Assembly: GCA_044224495.1 (NCBI GenBank)
Contig: JBGAKG010000005.1
Location: forward strand, 236,711-300,710
Reading direction: 5' to 3'
Source of the DNA: Polyangiaceae bacterium
GTDB lineage: Bacteria; Myxococcota_A; Polyangia; Polyangiales; Polyangiaceae
Length of the DNA: 64,000 nucleotides
Position 1 is the first letter of the stretch. Each line of letters opens with the position of its first letter. The position numbers and the translations under genes were made by a program. Of the stretch, positions 56,328 to 64,000 are shown one piece after another. The notes under the pieces were generated by a model, which was not told where the DNA came from, did no database searches, and saw only the letters and a list, made by a program, of their open reading frames with translations.

Positions 56328-57632
56328 TCACAGCCCGAAGCGCTTGATCCAGCGTTGGACCTGCTGGCGCGCCTTGCCCATGTCCCGCGCGACCTGGCTC
56401 ACGTTCCGATCGCACGCGGCGAGCCGACGCGCGAGCTCTTCGCGGAGGGCGGCGTCTTCGTCGCCGAGCGACGGTGGAGCGTCGCGGGCGACGATCGTCT
56501 CGGGGAGGTTCGCCACGCTCACCCTCTTCGTCGCGGCGCCCCCGTCGGCGAGGACCGTCGCGACGTCGACCGCCTGCTTCAGCTCGCGCACGTTCAACGG
56601 ATAGTCGTGGCGCAAGAGCGCGAGCGCGGCGTCCGTCTCGAACGTGAGCTCCGGCGCGACCATCCGCGCGAGGAGCTCGCCCACGTCCAGACGGCGCTCC
56701 CGGAGCGGCGGCACGGTGAACGTGAAGCCCCGCAGGCGCGCGTAGAGATCGGCGCGGAACGAGCCCGCCGTCACCTTCTCCGCGAGCGGCAGGTGCGTCG
56801 CCGACACCACGCGAACGTCGACCGGGACGCCCTGGAACGCGCCGACCGGCGTGACCTCGCGCTCCTGCAGCACGCGGAGCAGCGTCGACTGCGCGTTCGG
56901 AGGGAGGTCTCCGATCTCGTCGAGAAGCAGCGTGCCCCCGTCGGCGGAGCGCACGAAGCCGAGCTCGTCGGTCGTCGCGCCCGAGAACGCGCCGCGCCGA
57001 TGCCCGAACAAGAGCGACTCGACGAGATCCTTCGGCAGCGCTCCGCAGTTCACGGGCACGAACGCACCGCGGCGCTTCGAGCGCTCGTGGAGCGCGCGGG
57101 CGAGGACCTCCTTGCCGGTGCCGGTCTCGCCGAGGAGCAGCACCGGGAGCGGCGACTGCGCGATGCGCTCGAGCTTTGCGAGGTCGCGCGCGAGGGACGC
57201 GCTCGTCGTGAGGAACGGCCACGGCGCGCGCCGCTCGACGACCGGGCCCACGTCGGCGACGACCGCGAAGAACGTGTGCCCGGCGCGGACGAGCGTGCCC
57301 GCGTCGACGACGACGTCGGTCGCGGCTTCGTCGCCGACGAACGTCTGGTTCCGGGAGCCGCGGTCGACGATCCGGAAGCGCGTACCTTCGCGCGTGACGT
57401 CGAAGTACTCGCGCGACAGGTGCGTATCGGGGAGCTCGAGCCGGCCCGAGCCGCCGACACGACGCTCGGACCCGCGCCCGACCGTGAGGCCCTTGCCGAG
57501 CGGAGCCACGAACGCGCCGGCGGTCGGTCGATCGCACTCGAGCACGACGACGAGCCCCGGCACCTCGACGACGCGCCGGTCGGCGGCGCTGCGGTCGGTG
57601 GGCGACGTATCGCTCTTCGTGCCGCCGCTCAT
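56328..57632 (-). CDS. sigma-54-dependent transcriptional activator with N-terminal FHA domain
   Basis: 434 aa from ATG 57632; FHA ([13 protein letters not shown]), AAA+ sigma54 domain ([14 protein letters not shown] 'GAFTGA'-type motif, ESLLFGH), C-terminal Fis-type HTH. Confidence 0.8.
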   Translation of the reverse strand: MSGGTKSDTSPTDRSAADRRVVEVPGLVVVLECDRPTAGAFVAPLGKGLTVGRGSERRVGGSGRLELPDTHLSREYFDVTREGTRFRIVDRGSRNQTFVGDEAATDVVVDAGTLVRAGHTFFAVVADVGPVVERRAPWPFLTTSASLARDLAKLERIAQSPLPVLLLGETGTGKEVLARALHERSKRRGAFVPVNCGALPKDLVESLLFGHRRGAFSGATTDELGFVRSADGGTLLLDEIGDLPPNAQSTLLRVLQEREVTPVGAFQGVPVDVRVVSATHLPLAEKVTAGSFRADLYARLRGFTFTVPPLRERRLDVGELLARMVAPELTFETDAALALLRHDYPLNVRELKQAVDVATVLADGGAATKRVSVANLPETIVARDAPPSLGDEDAALREELARRLAACDRNVSQVARDMGKARQQVQRWIKRFGL

Positions 57633-57661
57633 CGCGGACACGATAGCAAAACAGGGAGGCT

Positions 57662-59275
57662 TCAGCGGGCGCGGAAGTACCCGACGAACATCGAGGCGTA
57701 GGCCGGCTTCCCGCCGAGGTCGTCTTGCCCCACCGCCGGTGGGATGCTCGCTGCGTCGAGCTTCTGCCGCGCGCAGGACGCAATCGCGTCGGCTTGGGGC
57801 GACGGCGCGAGCGCGTCGTTGCGGCGAACTTCGACGACGACCTCGCGCGGGCCGCCCTTCGGCCAGCGGCACGCGACGGACACCGACCAACGCTCGTCGT
57901 CGGTCGCGGGCGGCAGGCACGGCTTCATCGTCTCGGCCGCGGTCTGGAACGCGGGGATCGTGCCCACCTCGCCGATGCCGCCGTGGACGCCAGGGACGAC
58001 GTCGAGCACCCACGCCGGGTGCGCTCCGGCCGCGGCCGACGGCGCCGTGGCCGATGCGTGCGAGCCCGGCGACGCACCATGGCCGACGGTCGCGACGGGC
58101 GCCACGCTCGACGCGCTCGACGCAACGGCAGAAGCGGGACCGACCGCCGCGCTCGGAGCGCTCGACGGGGCGAGCGCCACCGGCTCCGTCCACGACGCGC
58201 TCGTGCTCGGAGCCGCCGCCGCCGGCGCCGCGTTCGCGTGCAGGGCGCTCCACGCGAACCACCCGCCGACGACCGCCACGCCGAGCGCCCCGAGCGCCAC
58301 CCAGCGCCCGCCACGCGCGCGCGCGCGGCGCGCCGGAGCCGGAGGCGCACCGCTCGCCAACGTGCGCGAGGTCGGTGCGTCGGTCGCACCGCGCCCCTCG
58401 AGCCGATCGAGCAACGCCGCGACCTCGTCGATCGAGGGGCGGTCGGCCGGCTTCCGCGCCAGCATCCGCATCACGAAACGGCTCACGTCCTCGAGGCCTT
58501 GCCCGGGGACGCGCTCCGCGAGCGGCACGACGTCCCCGCTCGTGATCGCCTTGAGGATCGGCCCCATGCCGCCGTCCACCGGGCGCGTCCCCGACAGGCA
58601 CTCGTAGAGCATCACCCCGAGCGCCCACACGTCCGTCTTCGCGTCCAGCTCGCGCTCGCCGAAGATCTGCTCGGGCGCCATGTACGCGGGCGTCCCGACC
58701 AGCGCGCCCGTCGACGTGAACGTGTCCGCGTCGCCGTCGAAGCGCTTCGCGATCCCGAAGTCGAGGACGCGAACGCCGTCGGTCGCGAGGAACACGTTCT
58801 CCGGCTTGAGATCGCGGTGCACGAGCCCCTGCTCGTGCGCGGCCTTCACCGCGGCGACGACCGGACGCAGGACACGGGCACACTCCTCGGGCGAGAGACG
58901 CCCGCCCGCACCGCGCAGCCGCTCGCGGAGCGATTCGCCCTCGAGCAGGTCCATGACGAGGTAGGGCGTGCCACCGTCCGTGTACTCGATCGCGTGGACG
59001 CGCGCGACGTTGGGGTGGCGCACCTTCATCGCCGCTTCGGCCTCGCGGAGGAACCGCGCATGGCTGACGGGATCGTCGCGCCGAACGTCGCGGAGCAGCT
59101 TCAACGCGACGTCGCGTTGGTTCTCCTCGTCGCGCGCCGCCCAGACGATCCCCATCCCGCCTTCGCCGATCACGCGCGCGAGGCGATGCCGCCCGACGGT
59201 CGTCCCCTCGGCGAACGCGTCGTCACGGGAGGGGGCCATCGCGCGCATCCTCGCAGAAACTGGGACGGATGCCAC
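57662..59275 (-). CDS. Ser/Thr protein kinase with TM segment and extracytoplasmic C-terminal domain
   Basis: 537 aa; Hanks motifs ([35 protein letters not shown]), Ala/Pro/Ser-rich linker, TM '[18 protein letters not shown]'. Confidence 0.8.
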   Translation of the reverse strand: MASVPVSARMRAMAPSRDDAFAEGTTVGRHRLARVIGEGGMGIVWAARDEENQRDVALKLLRDVRRDDPVSHARFLREAEAAMKVRHPNVARVHAIEYTDGGTPYLVMDLLEGESLRERLRGAGGRLSPEECARVLRPVVAAVKAAHEQGLVHRDLKPENVFLATDGVRVLDFGIAKRFDGDADTFTSTGALVGTPAYMAPEQIFGERELDAKTDVWALGVMLYECLSGTRPVDGGMGPILKAITSGDVVPLAERVPGQGLEDVSRFVMRMLARKPADRPSIDEVAALLDRLEGRGATDAPTSRTLASGAPPAPARRARARGGRWVALGALGVAVVGGWFAWSALHANAAPAAAAPSTSASWTEPVALAPSSAPSAAVGPASAVASSASSVAPVATVGHGASPGSHASATAPSAAAGAHPAWVLDVVPGVHGGIGEVGTIPAFQTAAETMKPCLPPATDDERWSVSVACRWPKGGPREVVVEVRRNDALAPSPQADAIASCARQKLDAASIPPAVGQDDLGGKPAYASMFVGYFRAR

Positions 59276-60763
59276 TCAGCGACGCGGCTTGGGCGTGGCC
59301 AGCGCGCGCGCGAGCGTGTTTCGCCCGATCCCGAGCCGACGCGCGGCCTCCGTCTTGTTCCCGTCGCACGCGTCCACCGTGGCCTCGACGTAGCGACGCT
59401 CGGCCTCGGCCAGCGTGAGCCCGATCGGGATCGCACCGGCGGTCTCTTCGCCCGCATCGGTCGGGGCCTCGCGCGGGAAGTTCTCCTCGCGGACGACCCC
59501 ATCGGGCGCGAGCACGACGGCGCTCTCGATCCAGTGCTCGAGCTCGCGGACGTTGCCCGGCCACGTGTGACGACGGAGCCGCTCGAGCGCGCGCGGATCG
59601 AAGGTCGGATCGGGCCGGTGGTAGCGCCGCGCGTACATCGTGGCGAAGTGCCGCGCGAGCTCCTCGACGTCTCCGGTGCCGCGCGCGCGCAAGCTCGGCA
59701 CGGTGATCTCGACGACGCGGATTCGATAGAAGAGGTCCTCGCGGAACTTCCCTTCGCGGACGAGCTTCACCAAGTCGCGGTGCGTGGCCGCCACGACCCG
59801 CACGTCGGCCTCCTCCGTCGTGCGCCCGCCCACGCGCTCGAAGACGCGGTCCTGGAGGAAGCGCAGGAGCTTCCCTTGCGCCTCCAGCGGGAGCTCGGCG
59901 ATCTCGTCGAGGAACAGCGTGCCTCCCCGCGCGACCTCCACCCGCCCCACGATCCGCCGGTCGGCGCCGGTGAACGCGCCGCGCTCGTGGCCGAACAGCT
60001 CGCTCTCGACGAGCTCGCGCGGGAGCGTCGTGCAGTCCACGGTGACGAAGGGCCCCACGCCGCGGAGCGAGTTCACGTGGATCGCGCGCGCGAAGCGACC
60101 CTTGCCGGTGCCGGTCTCCCCGCGGAGGAGCACCGTCGCGTCGGTCTGCGCCGCGAGCAGGATCCGCTCGTGGACCTCGCGGAGCGCGTCGCTCCGGCCG
60201 ACGAGGCCGTTGAAGCGCCCGCGCAGCGTCACGCCGGGCTCGCGAACGTCCGCCGCGCGGAGCGTCGTCAGCGCGAGCGCGCGCGCGAGCTGGGTCGCGA
60301 GCGCGAGCAGGTACCGCTCGTCCTCTTCGTCGAAGACGTCCCCCTCGGCCTTGTTCAGAACCTGCACCACGCCGCGGATCGGCGACGCCGTGGTCTCGCG
60401 CATCGGGACGACCAAGGTCGAGCGCGTGACGAACCCCGTCGTCTTGTCCGCCCGCGGATCGAAGCGCGGGTCCTTCGCCGCGTCCGCCACGCGCACCGGC
60501 TCTCCGGTGCGCGCGACGTGCCCGACGATCCCGCGATCGAGCGCCTGCCGCAGCTCGGGCACCTCGGGCAGGAGCGCGACGCGGGTGAAGAGATCGCCGC
60601 GCTCCGCGTCGAAGAGCCAGAGGCTCGCGCGCTCCGCCCGGAGCGCCTCCGCGATGCGCTCGCACGCGGCGCGGAGGAGCGCGTCCAGGTCGATCTCGCG
60701 GGCGAGCAGCGAAGCGAGATCCACCAGGAGCGAGAGCCGACTCTGCATCGAAGGCCGCAGCAT
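59276..60763 (-). CDS. sigma-54-dependent transcriptional activator with N-terminal GAF domain
   Basis: 495 aa from ATG 60763; GAF region, AAA+ ([22 protein letters not shown]), C-terminal HTH. Confidence 0.8.
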   Translation of the reverse strand: MLRPSMQSRLSLLVDLASLLAREIDLDALLRAACERIAEALRAERASLWLFDAERGDLFTRVALLPEVPELRQALDRGIVGHVARTGEPVRVADAAKDPRFDPRADKTTGFVTRSTLVVPMRETTASPIRGVVQVLNKAEGDVFDEEDERYLLALATQLARALALTTLRAADVREPGVTLRGRFNGLVGRSDALREVHERILLAAQTDATVLLRGETGTGKGRFARAIHVNSLRGVGPFVTVDCTTLPRELVESELFGHERGAFTGADRRIVGRVEVARGGTLFLDEIAELPLEAQGKLLRFLQDRVFERVGGRTTEEADVRVVAATHRDLVKLVREGKFREDLFYRIRVVEITVPSLRARGTGDVEELARHFATMYARRYHRPDPTFDPRALERLRRHTWPGNVRELEHWIESAVVLAPDGVVREENFPREAPTDAGEETAGAIPIGLTLAEAERRYVEATVDACDGNKTEAARRLGIGRNTLARALATPKPRR

Positions 60764-60798
60764 AGCCCGGCTGCCTTCGGGAAGCTGCGCCGCGAAGG

Positions 60799-61674
60799 TC
60801 AAGCGGCGGAGCGCTCCCCGTCGCTGGTGGCGCCGGGCTCGCCCGTCTCCCCCACCTCCAGCGTCGTGCCTTCGCGCGCGGCGACGGAGTCCGCGAAGAG
60901 CTCCCTCGCGCGCGCCTCGATCGTGCGAACCCCTTCGTCGGTGCGCTGCGGGTCGTGGTGGAAGAGGACGAGCTTCTTCACCCCCGCCGCGCGGGCGACC
61001 TCCGCGCCCGCGACGTACGTCGAGTGGCCCCACCCGACCTTCGAGCGGCCGCCGTCGCCGCGGTACTCCTCCGGGGTGTACTGCGCGTCGTAGACGAGCA
61101 GGTCGGCGCCCTGGGCGAGCTCCTTGAGGACCGGGTCGATGCACGCGTAGTGCTCGGTGTCGGTCGCGTACACGACGGCGTGACCGGCGTGCTCGATCCG
61201 ATAGGCGTACACGCCACCGGGGTGATTCAGACGCGCGACGCGGACGCGCACGTCACCGAGCTCGAGCCACTGGTTCGGGCGCGCTTCGCGGTAGCCGAGC
61301 TCGGCCGAGAGATCGTCGAGCTGGACCGGGAAGTGCGGCTCCGTCATCTGGCGCGAGAGCTTGTCGCGGAGGCCGTGGCGCCCGTCGCTCGAGCCCACGA
61401 TCGTGAGCTTGGTCGACGGGAGGTAGGCGGGGACGAAGAACGGGAGCCCTTGGATGTGGTCCCAGTGGAAATGGGAGAGGAGCAGCGTGGCTTCCACCGG
61501 CTGCTTCGCCGCGAGGAGCGAGTCACCGAGCCCACGCAGGCCGGTGCCCGCGTCGAGGATCAGCCGCTGCGCGCCGCAGCGCACCTCGACGCAACTGGTG
61601 TTGCCGCCGACCTCGGCGGTGGAAGGCCCTGGAGAAGCGATGCTGCCGCGGACGCCCCAGAATCGAACGAGCAT
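60799..61674 (-). CDS. MBL-fold metallo-hydrolase
   Basis: 291 aa from ATG 61674 ([11 protein letters not shown]..); 'HFHWDHIQG' metal-binding motif. Confidence 0.7.
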   Translation of the reverse strand: MLVRFWGVRGSIASPGPSTAEVGGNTSCVEVRCGAQRLILDAGTGLRGLGDSLLAAKQPVEATLLLSHFHWDHIQGLPFFVPAYLPSTKLTIVGSSDGRHGLRDKLSRQMTEPHFPVQLDDLSAELGYREARPNQWLELGDVRVRVARLNHPGGVYAYRIEHAGHAVVYATDTEHYACIDPVLKELAQGADLLVYDAQYTPEEYRGDGGRSKVGWGHSTYVAGAEVARAAGVKKLVLFHHDPQRTDEGVRTIEARARELFADSVAAREGTTLEVGETGEPGATSDGERSAA

Positions 61675-61821
61675 GGGAACCTGCCTTTCGACGAGGCCCC
61701 ATTGCGAGCGCCGTGCCGGTCGCTCTCCGCCCGAATTTCCCGCGAAATTCGCGGTAACCGTGCGCTCGTGAACGCCGGCAGCGCTCCACTTCGGAGCGGA
61801 GCGCTCCATCCGTGATCGCCG

Positions 61822-62886
61822 TCAGAACGTGGCCGCCGCGCGGGCGACCTCCTTGTCGAGCTGGCCCGCCTGCACGAGCGCACGGAGGTGCATCTCGAAG
61901 GTCTGCATCCCGTACGGGTGCACGCCCTTCTCCATCAGCTCCTTCAGCGGTGGGTTCGCGTCGGGGCGCTTGATGGCCTCGCGCACGGTGCCGGTCGCGA
62001 CGAGCACCTCGGCCGCGAGGACGAGGCCCCCTTGCGTCCCCGGGAGCAACCGCTGCGCGATGATGCCCTGGAGCGAGTCACCGATCCGCTCGCGGAGCTC
62101 GTCGGCGCTCCCGGGTTGGCCCTTGGGCGCGAGCGCGAGCATGCGGCCGACCGTGCGCGGCACGTCGGGGGTGTGGAGCGTGGACAGAACCAAGTGCCCC
62201 GTCTCGGCGGCCTTGAGCGCGATGTCCATCGTGACCTCGTCGCGGATCTCGCCGACGAGGATCACGTCCGGATCCTGGCGCAACGCGGCCCGGAGCGCGT
62301 CGGCGAACGAGCCGGTGTCGATCCCGATCTCGCGCTGGCTGATGGAGCACTTGTCGTCGGTGTGGAGGAACTCGACCGGATCTTCGATCGTCACGATGTG
62401 GAGCGGCTGCGTGTGGTTCAAGTGAGCGATCATGGCCGCGAGCGTGGAGCTCTTGCCGTTGCCCGCCGCCCCGACCAGGAGCACGAGCCCGCGGTCGCGC
62501 TCGGCGAGGTACTGCGCGGGGCTCGGAACCCCGAGCTGCTCGAACGTCGGGATGACGAGCGGGATTGCGCGCATCACGATCGCGAGCGTCCCCTTCTGGC
62601 GATACACGTTCACGCGGAAGCGCCCGACCCCCGGCGCCTCGTACGCGGTGTCGTGCTCGAGCAGCGCGTCGAGGTTGTCCCGGAGATCGCCGCGCCGCAC
62701 GAGGTGCCGGGCGAGGTGCTCCGTGTCGGACGGCTTCAGCGGCTCCGAGCGGAAATAGACGATGTCCCCGCGCACGCGCGCGCCCGGCGGCTGCCCGACC
62801 TTGAGGTGGACGTCGCTCGCCTTCGCGGCCACGGCCTTGGTGAGGAGCTGAACGAGAAACGCTTCGCTCGCGTAGGGGCTATCCAT
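61822..62886 (-). CDS. pilT: type IV pilus retraction ATPase PilT family
   Basis: 354 aa; Walker A 'GAAGNGKSST', Asp box, His box 'GHLVLSTLHT'. Confidence 0.85.
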   Translation of the reverse strand: MDSPYASEAFLVQLLTKAVAAKASDVHLKVGQPPGARVRGDIVYFRSEPLKPSDTEHLARHLVRRGDLRDNLDALLEHDTAYEAPGVGRFRVNVYRQKGTLAIVMRAIPLVIPTFEQLGVPSPAQYLAERDRGLVLLVGAAGNGKSSTLAAMIAHLNHTQPLHIVTIEDPVEFLHTDDKCSISQREIGIDTGSFADALRAALRQDPDVILVGEIRDEVTMDIALKAAETGHLVLSTLHTPDVPRTVGRMLALAPKGQPGSADELRERIGDSLQGIIAQRLLPGTQGGLVLAAEVLVATGTVREAIKRPDANPPLKELMEKGVHPYGMQTFEMHLRALVQAGQLDKEVARAAATF

Positions 62887-62917
62887 CCTCGGTCACGATA
62901 ACCGATTCGGAATGGCG

Positions 62918-63991
62918 TCAGTGCTGGAACGTCCCCGAGCTCCAGAGGGCGGCTTGGTTCGCGCCGTACACCACGAGATTTCCATCGTCCTGAACCGCGA
63001 ACCACGCGCCCGGCGCTCCGTCCGTGCCGCTCGCCCAGAGCGGAACCGACGTGGGACCGTAGAGCACGAAGTTCCCATCGCCCTGCATGACCGCGGCCCA
63101 CCCGTTCTTGCCGTTGGTCTGGGTCGACCAGCGCGCGACGGCGCCATCGTAGAGCACGAGGTTCCCGTCGCCCTGCATCACGAGGAGATAGCGCCCGTTG
63201 CAGGAGCCGACCGAGTCGCCGGGGCCGAGCCCCTGGCCGGGATCGATGCGCCCGCACGCGGTCGGGAGCGCGGGGAGCGGCAGCTTCGGCTGCGGCGGCG
63301 GGAGCGCGAAGCCGTCGGCGGGCTTCCCGGGCGCCACCGCCGGGAAGATCGCGTCCTGGACGAGGCCCCGCAGGCACCCCGCGTACATGTCGCGCGCCTT
63401 CGCGAAGTCGGCGCCGCCGAGATCGTTCGCGACGGCAGACTCGCTGTAGGTCCCGATCCCCGGCTGTCCGAGCGCCCGGACCTTCTTCAGCTCGGCGCGG
63501 AGCGCGCCCCCGCGGGTCCCCCAGCAGTACGAGCTCTCCCAGCTCGTCCCAGGGAGGTACGCCGCGCTCACGCCGACCACGGTGATCGTGCGCCCGCGGA
63601 TGCCGGGCGCGAGCTGTTCCGTCTTGTTGGCGAAGTAGCCGATGCAGTCGATGCCGTTCGCGCAGTCGCGGCGGCCCGTCTTCGCGTTGGTTCCGACGGC
63701 GCCGGCCACGAACGCCTCGCTCGCGCCGAGGTACACCTCCGACGCGAAGATGCGGCAGTAGTCGCGGCACGCGCGCAGCACGGTCGTGAACGACGCGAGG
63801 TCGTCGACCATGTTGTACGAGTTCGCGTAGAAGATGACGCGCTGGCGAAGCGCCGGATCCTCGTTCATCGCGTGCATCTCGTCGCGGACGCGGTCCGCCG
63901 CGGGATCGCCATCGCGCAAGCGCGAGGCCTTCGTGGGCTCGAGCTCGTCGACGGCGACGTAGGCGAAGCCGTCCGCGATCGCCTTCTTCAC
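62918..63991 (-). CDS. secreted protein with three C-terminal bulb-type (B-type, mannose-binding) lectin repeats; N-terminal domain unknown; may extend beyond window
   Basis: Three 'QGDGNLVLY'-type beta-prism II repeats (MQGDGNLVLYDG, MQGDGNFVLYGP, VQDDGNLVVYGA); ORF start at 63991 is 9 nt from window edge. Confidence 0.5.
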   Translation of the reverse strand: MKKAIADGFAYVAVDELEPTKASRLRDGDPAADRVRDEMHAMNEDPALRQRVIFYANSYNMVDDLASFTTVLRACRDYCRIFASEVYLGASEAFVAGAVGTNAKTGRRDCANGIDCIGYFANKTEQLAPGIRGRTITVVGVSAAYLPGTSWESSYCWGTRGGALRAELKKVRALGQPGIGTYSESAVANDLGGADFAKARDMYAGCLRGLVQDAIFPAVAPGKPADGFALPPPQPKLPLPALPTACGRIDPGQGLGPGDSVGSCNGRYLLVMQGDGNLVLYDGAVARWSTQTNGKNGWAAVMQGDGNFVLYGPTSVPLWASGTDGAPGAWFAVQDDGNLVVYGANQAALWSSGTFQH

Positions 63992-64000
63992 GAACGCGGC

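Overview
This window is a high-GC (about 70%+) chromosomal segment most consistent with a Myxococcota genome. Supporting signs are MYXO-CTERM-like protein tails, a Ser/Thr kinase next to an FHA-sigma54 activator, a mevalonate pathway cluster, and the GC3-saturated codon usage. It is densely packed with genes: I call about 60 CDSs, one tRNA-Leu, no CRISPR array and no transposases or integrases. Because of the GC content, every region also carries long Arg/Ala/Pro-rich antisense ORFs, which I treat as artefacts. The main contents are listed below.

- **Denitrification island (1-12.2 kb):** a clade II (Sec-type) nitrous oxide reductase cluster reading nosZ-nosB-nosD-nosF-nosL-nosY-cytochrome c-hemerythrin on the minus strand. 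A divergent second NosB-like paralog is translationally coupled to a Cys-rich lipoprotein. Upstream on the plus strand sit an NnrS / radical-SAM-SPASM / membrane protein / Crp-Fnr module. Three TGAC-N4-GTCA palindromes look like the operators of this regulon.
- **Housekeeping block:** murJ, recO, hisB, a PfkB-family kinase, a Dyp-type peroxidase and tRNA-Leu(GAG).
- **Membrane scaffold cluster:** a hybrid histidine kinase, two flotillin paralogs and an NfeD-family protein.
- **Mevalonate pathway operon:** HMG-CoA reductase, phosphomevalonate kinase, diphosphomevalonate decarboxylase, mevalonate kinase and a polyprenyl synthase, with a divergent type 2 IPP isomerase.
- **MoxR-DUF58-vWA-vWA (Bat-like) operon:** it is preceded by an unusual coiled-coil membrane protein whose gene contains about 0.5 kb of (GQ)n-encoding hexanucleotide and 15-mer tandem repeats.
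- **Envelope and secretion block:** NUDIX hydrolase, NAD kinase, a Cys-rich lipoprotein, FabH, two tandem matrixin-like metalloproteases with MYXO-CTERM-like tails, lpxB, a GT39 glycosyltransferase and bioB.
- **Signalling module:** a Ser/Thr kinase and an FHA-sigma54 activator, then a palindromic upstream site and candidate -24/-12 promoter, then an NHL-like lipoprotein. Next to it lie a GAF-sigma54 activator, an MBL-fold hydrolase, PilT and a B-lectin domain protein at the window edge.

The candidate novel elements I rank highest are:
1. the FNR-like box regulon, together with the duplicated NosB and FGE-like lipoprotein module in the nos island;
2. the long structured inverted-repeat element at 35.49-35.65 kb;
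3. the GQ-repeat protein upstream of the MoxR/vWA operon;
4. the GAGGACGT repeat array at 54.69-54.82 kb;
5. the STPK / FHA-EBP / sigma54 lipoprotein circuit.
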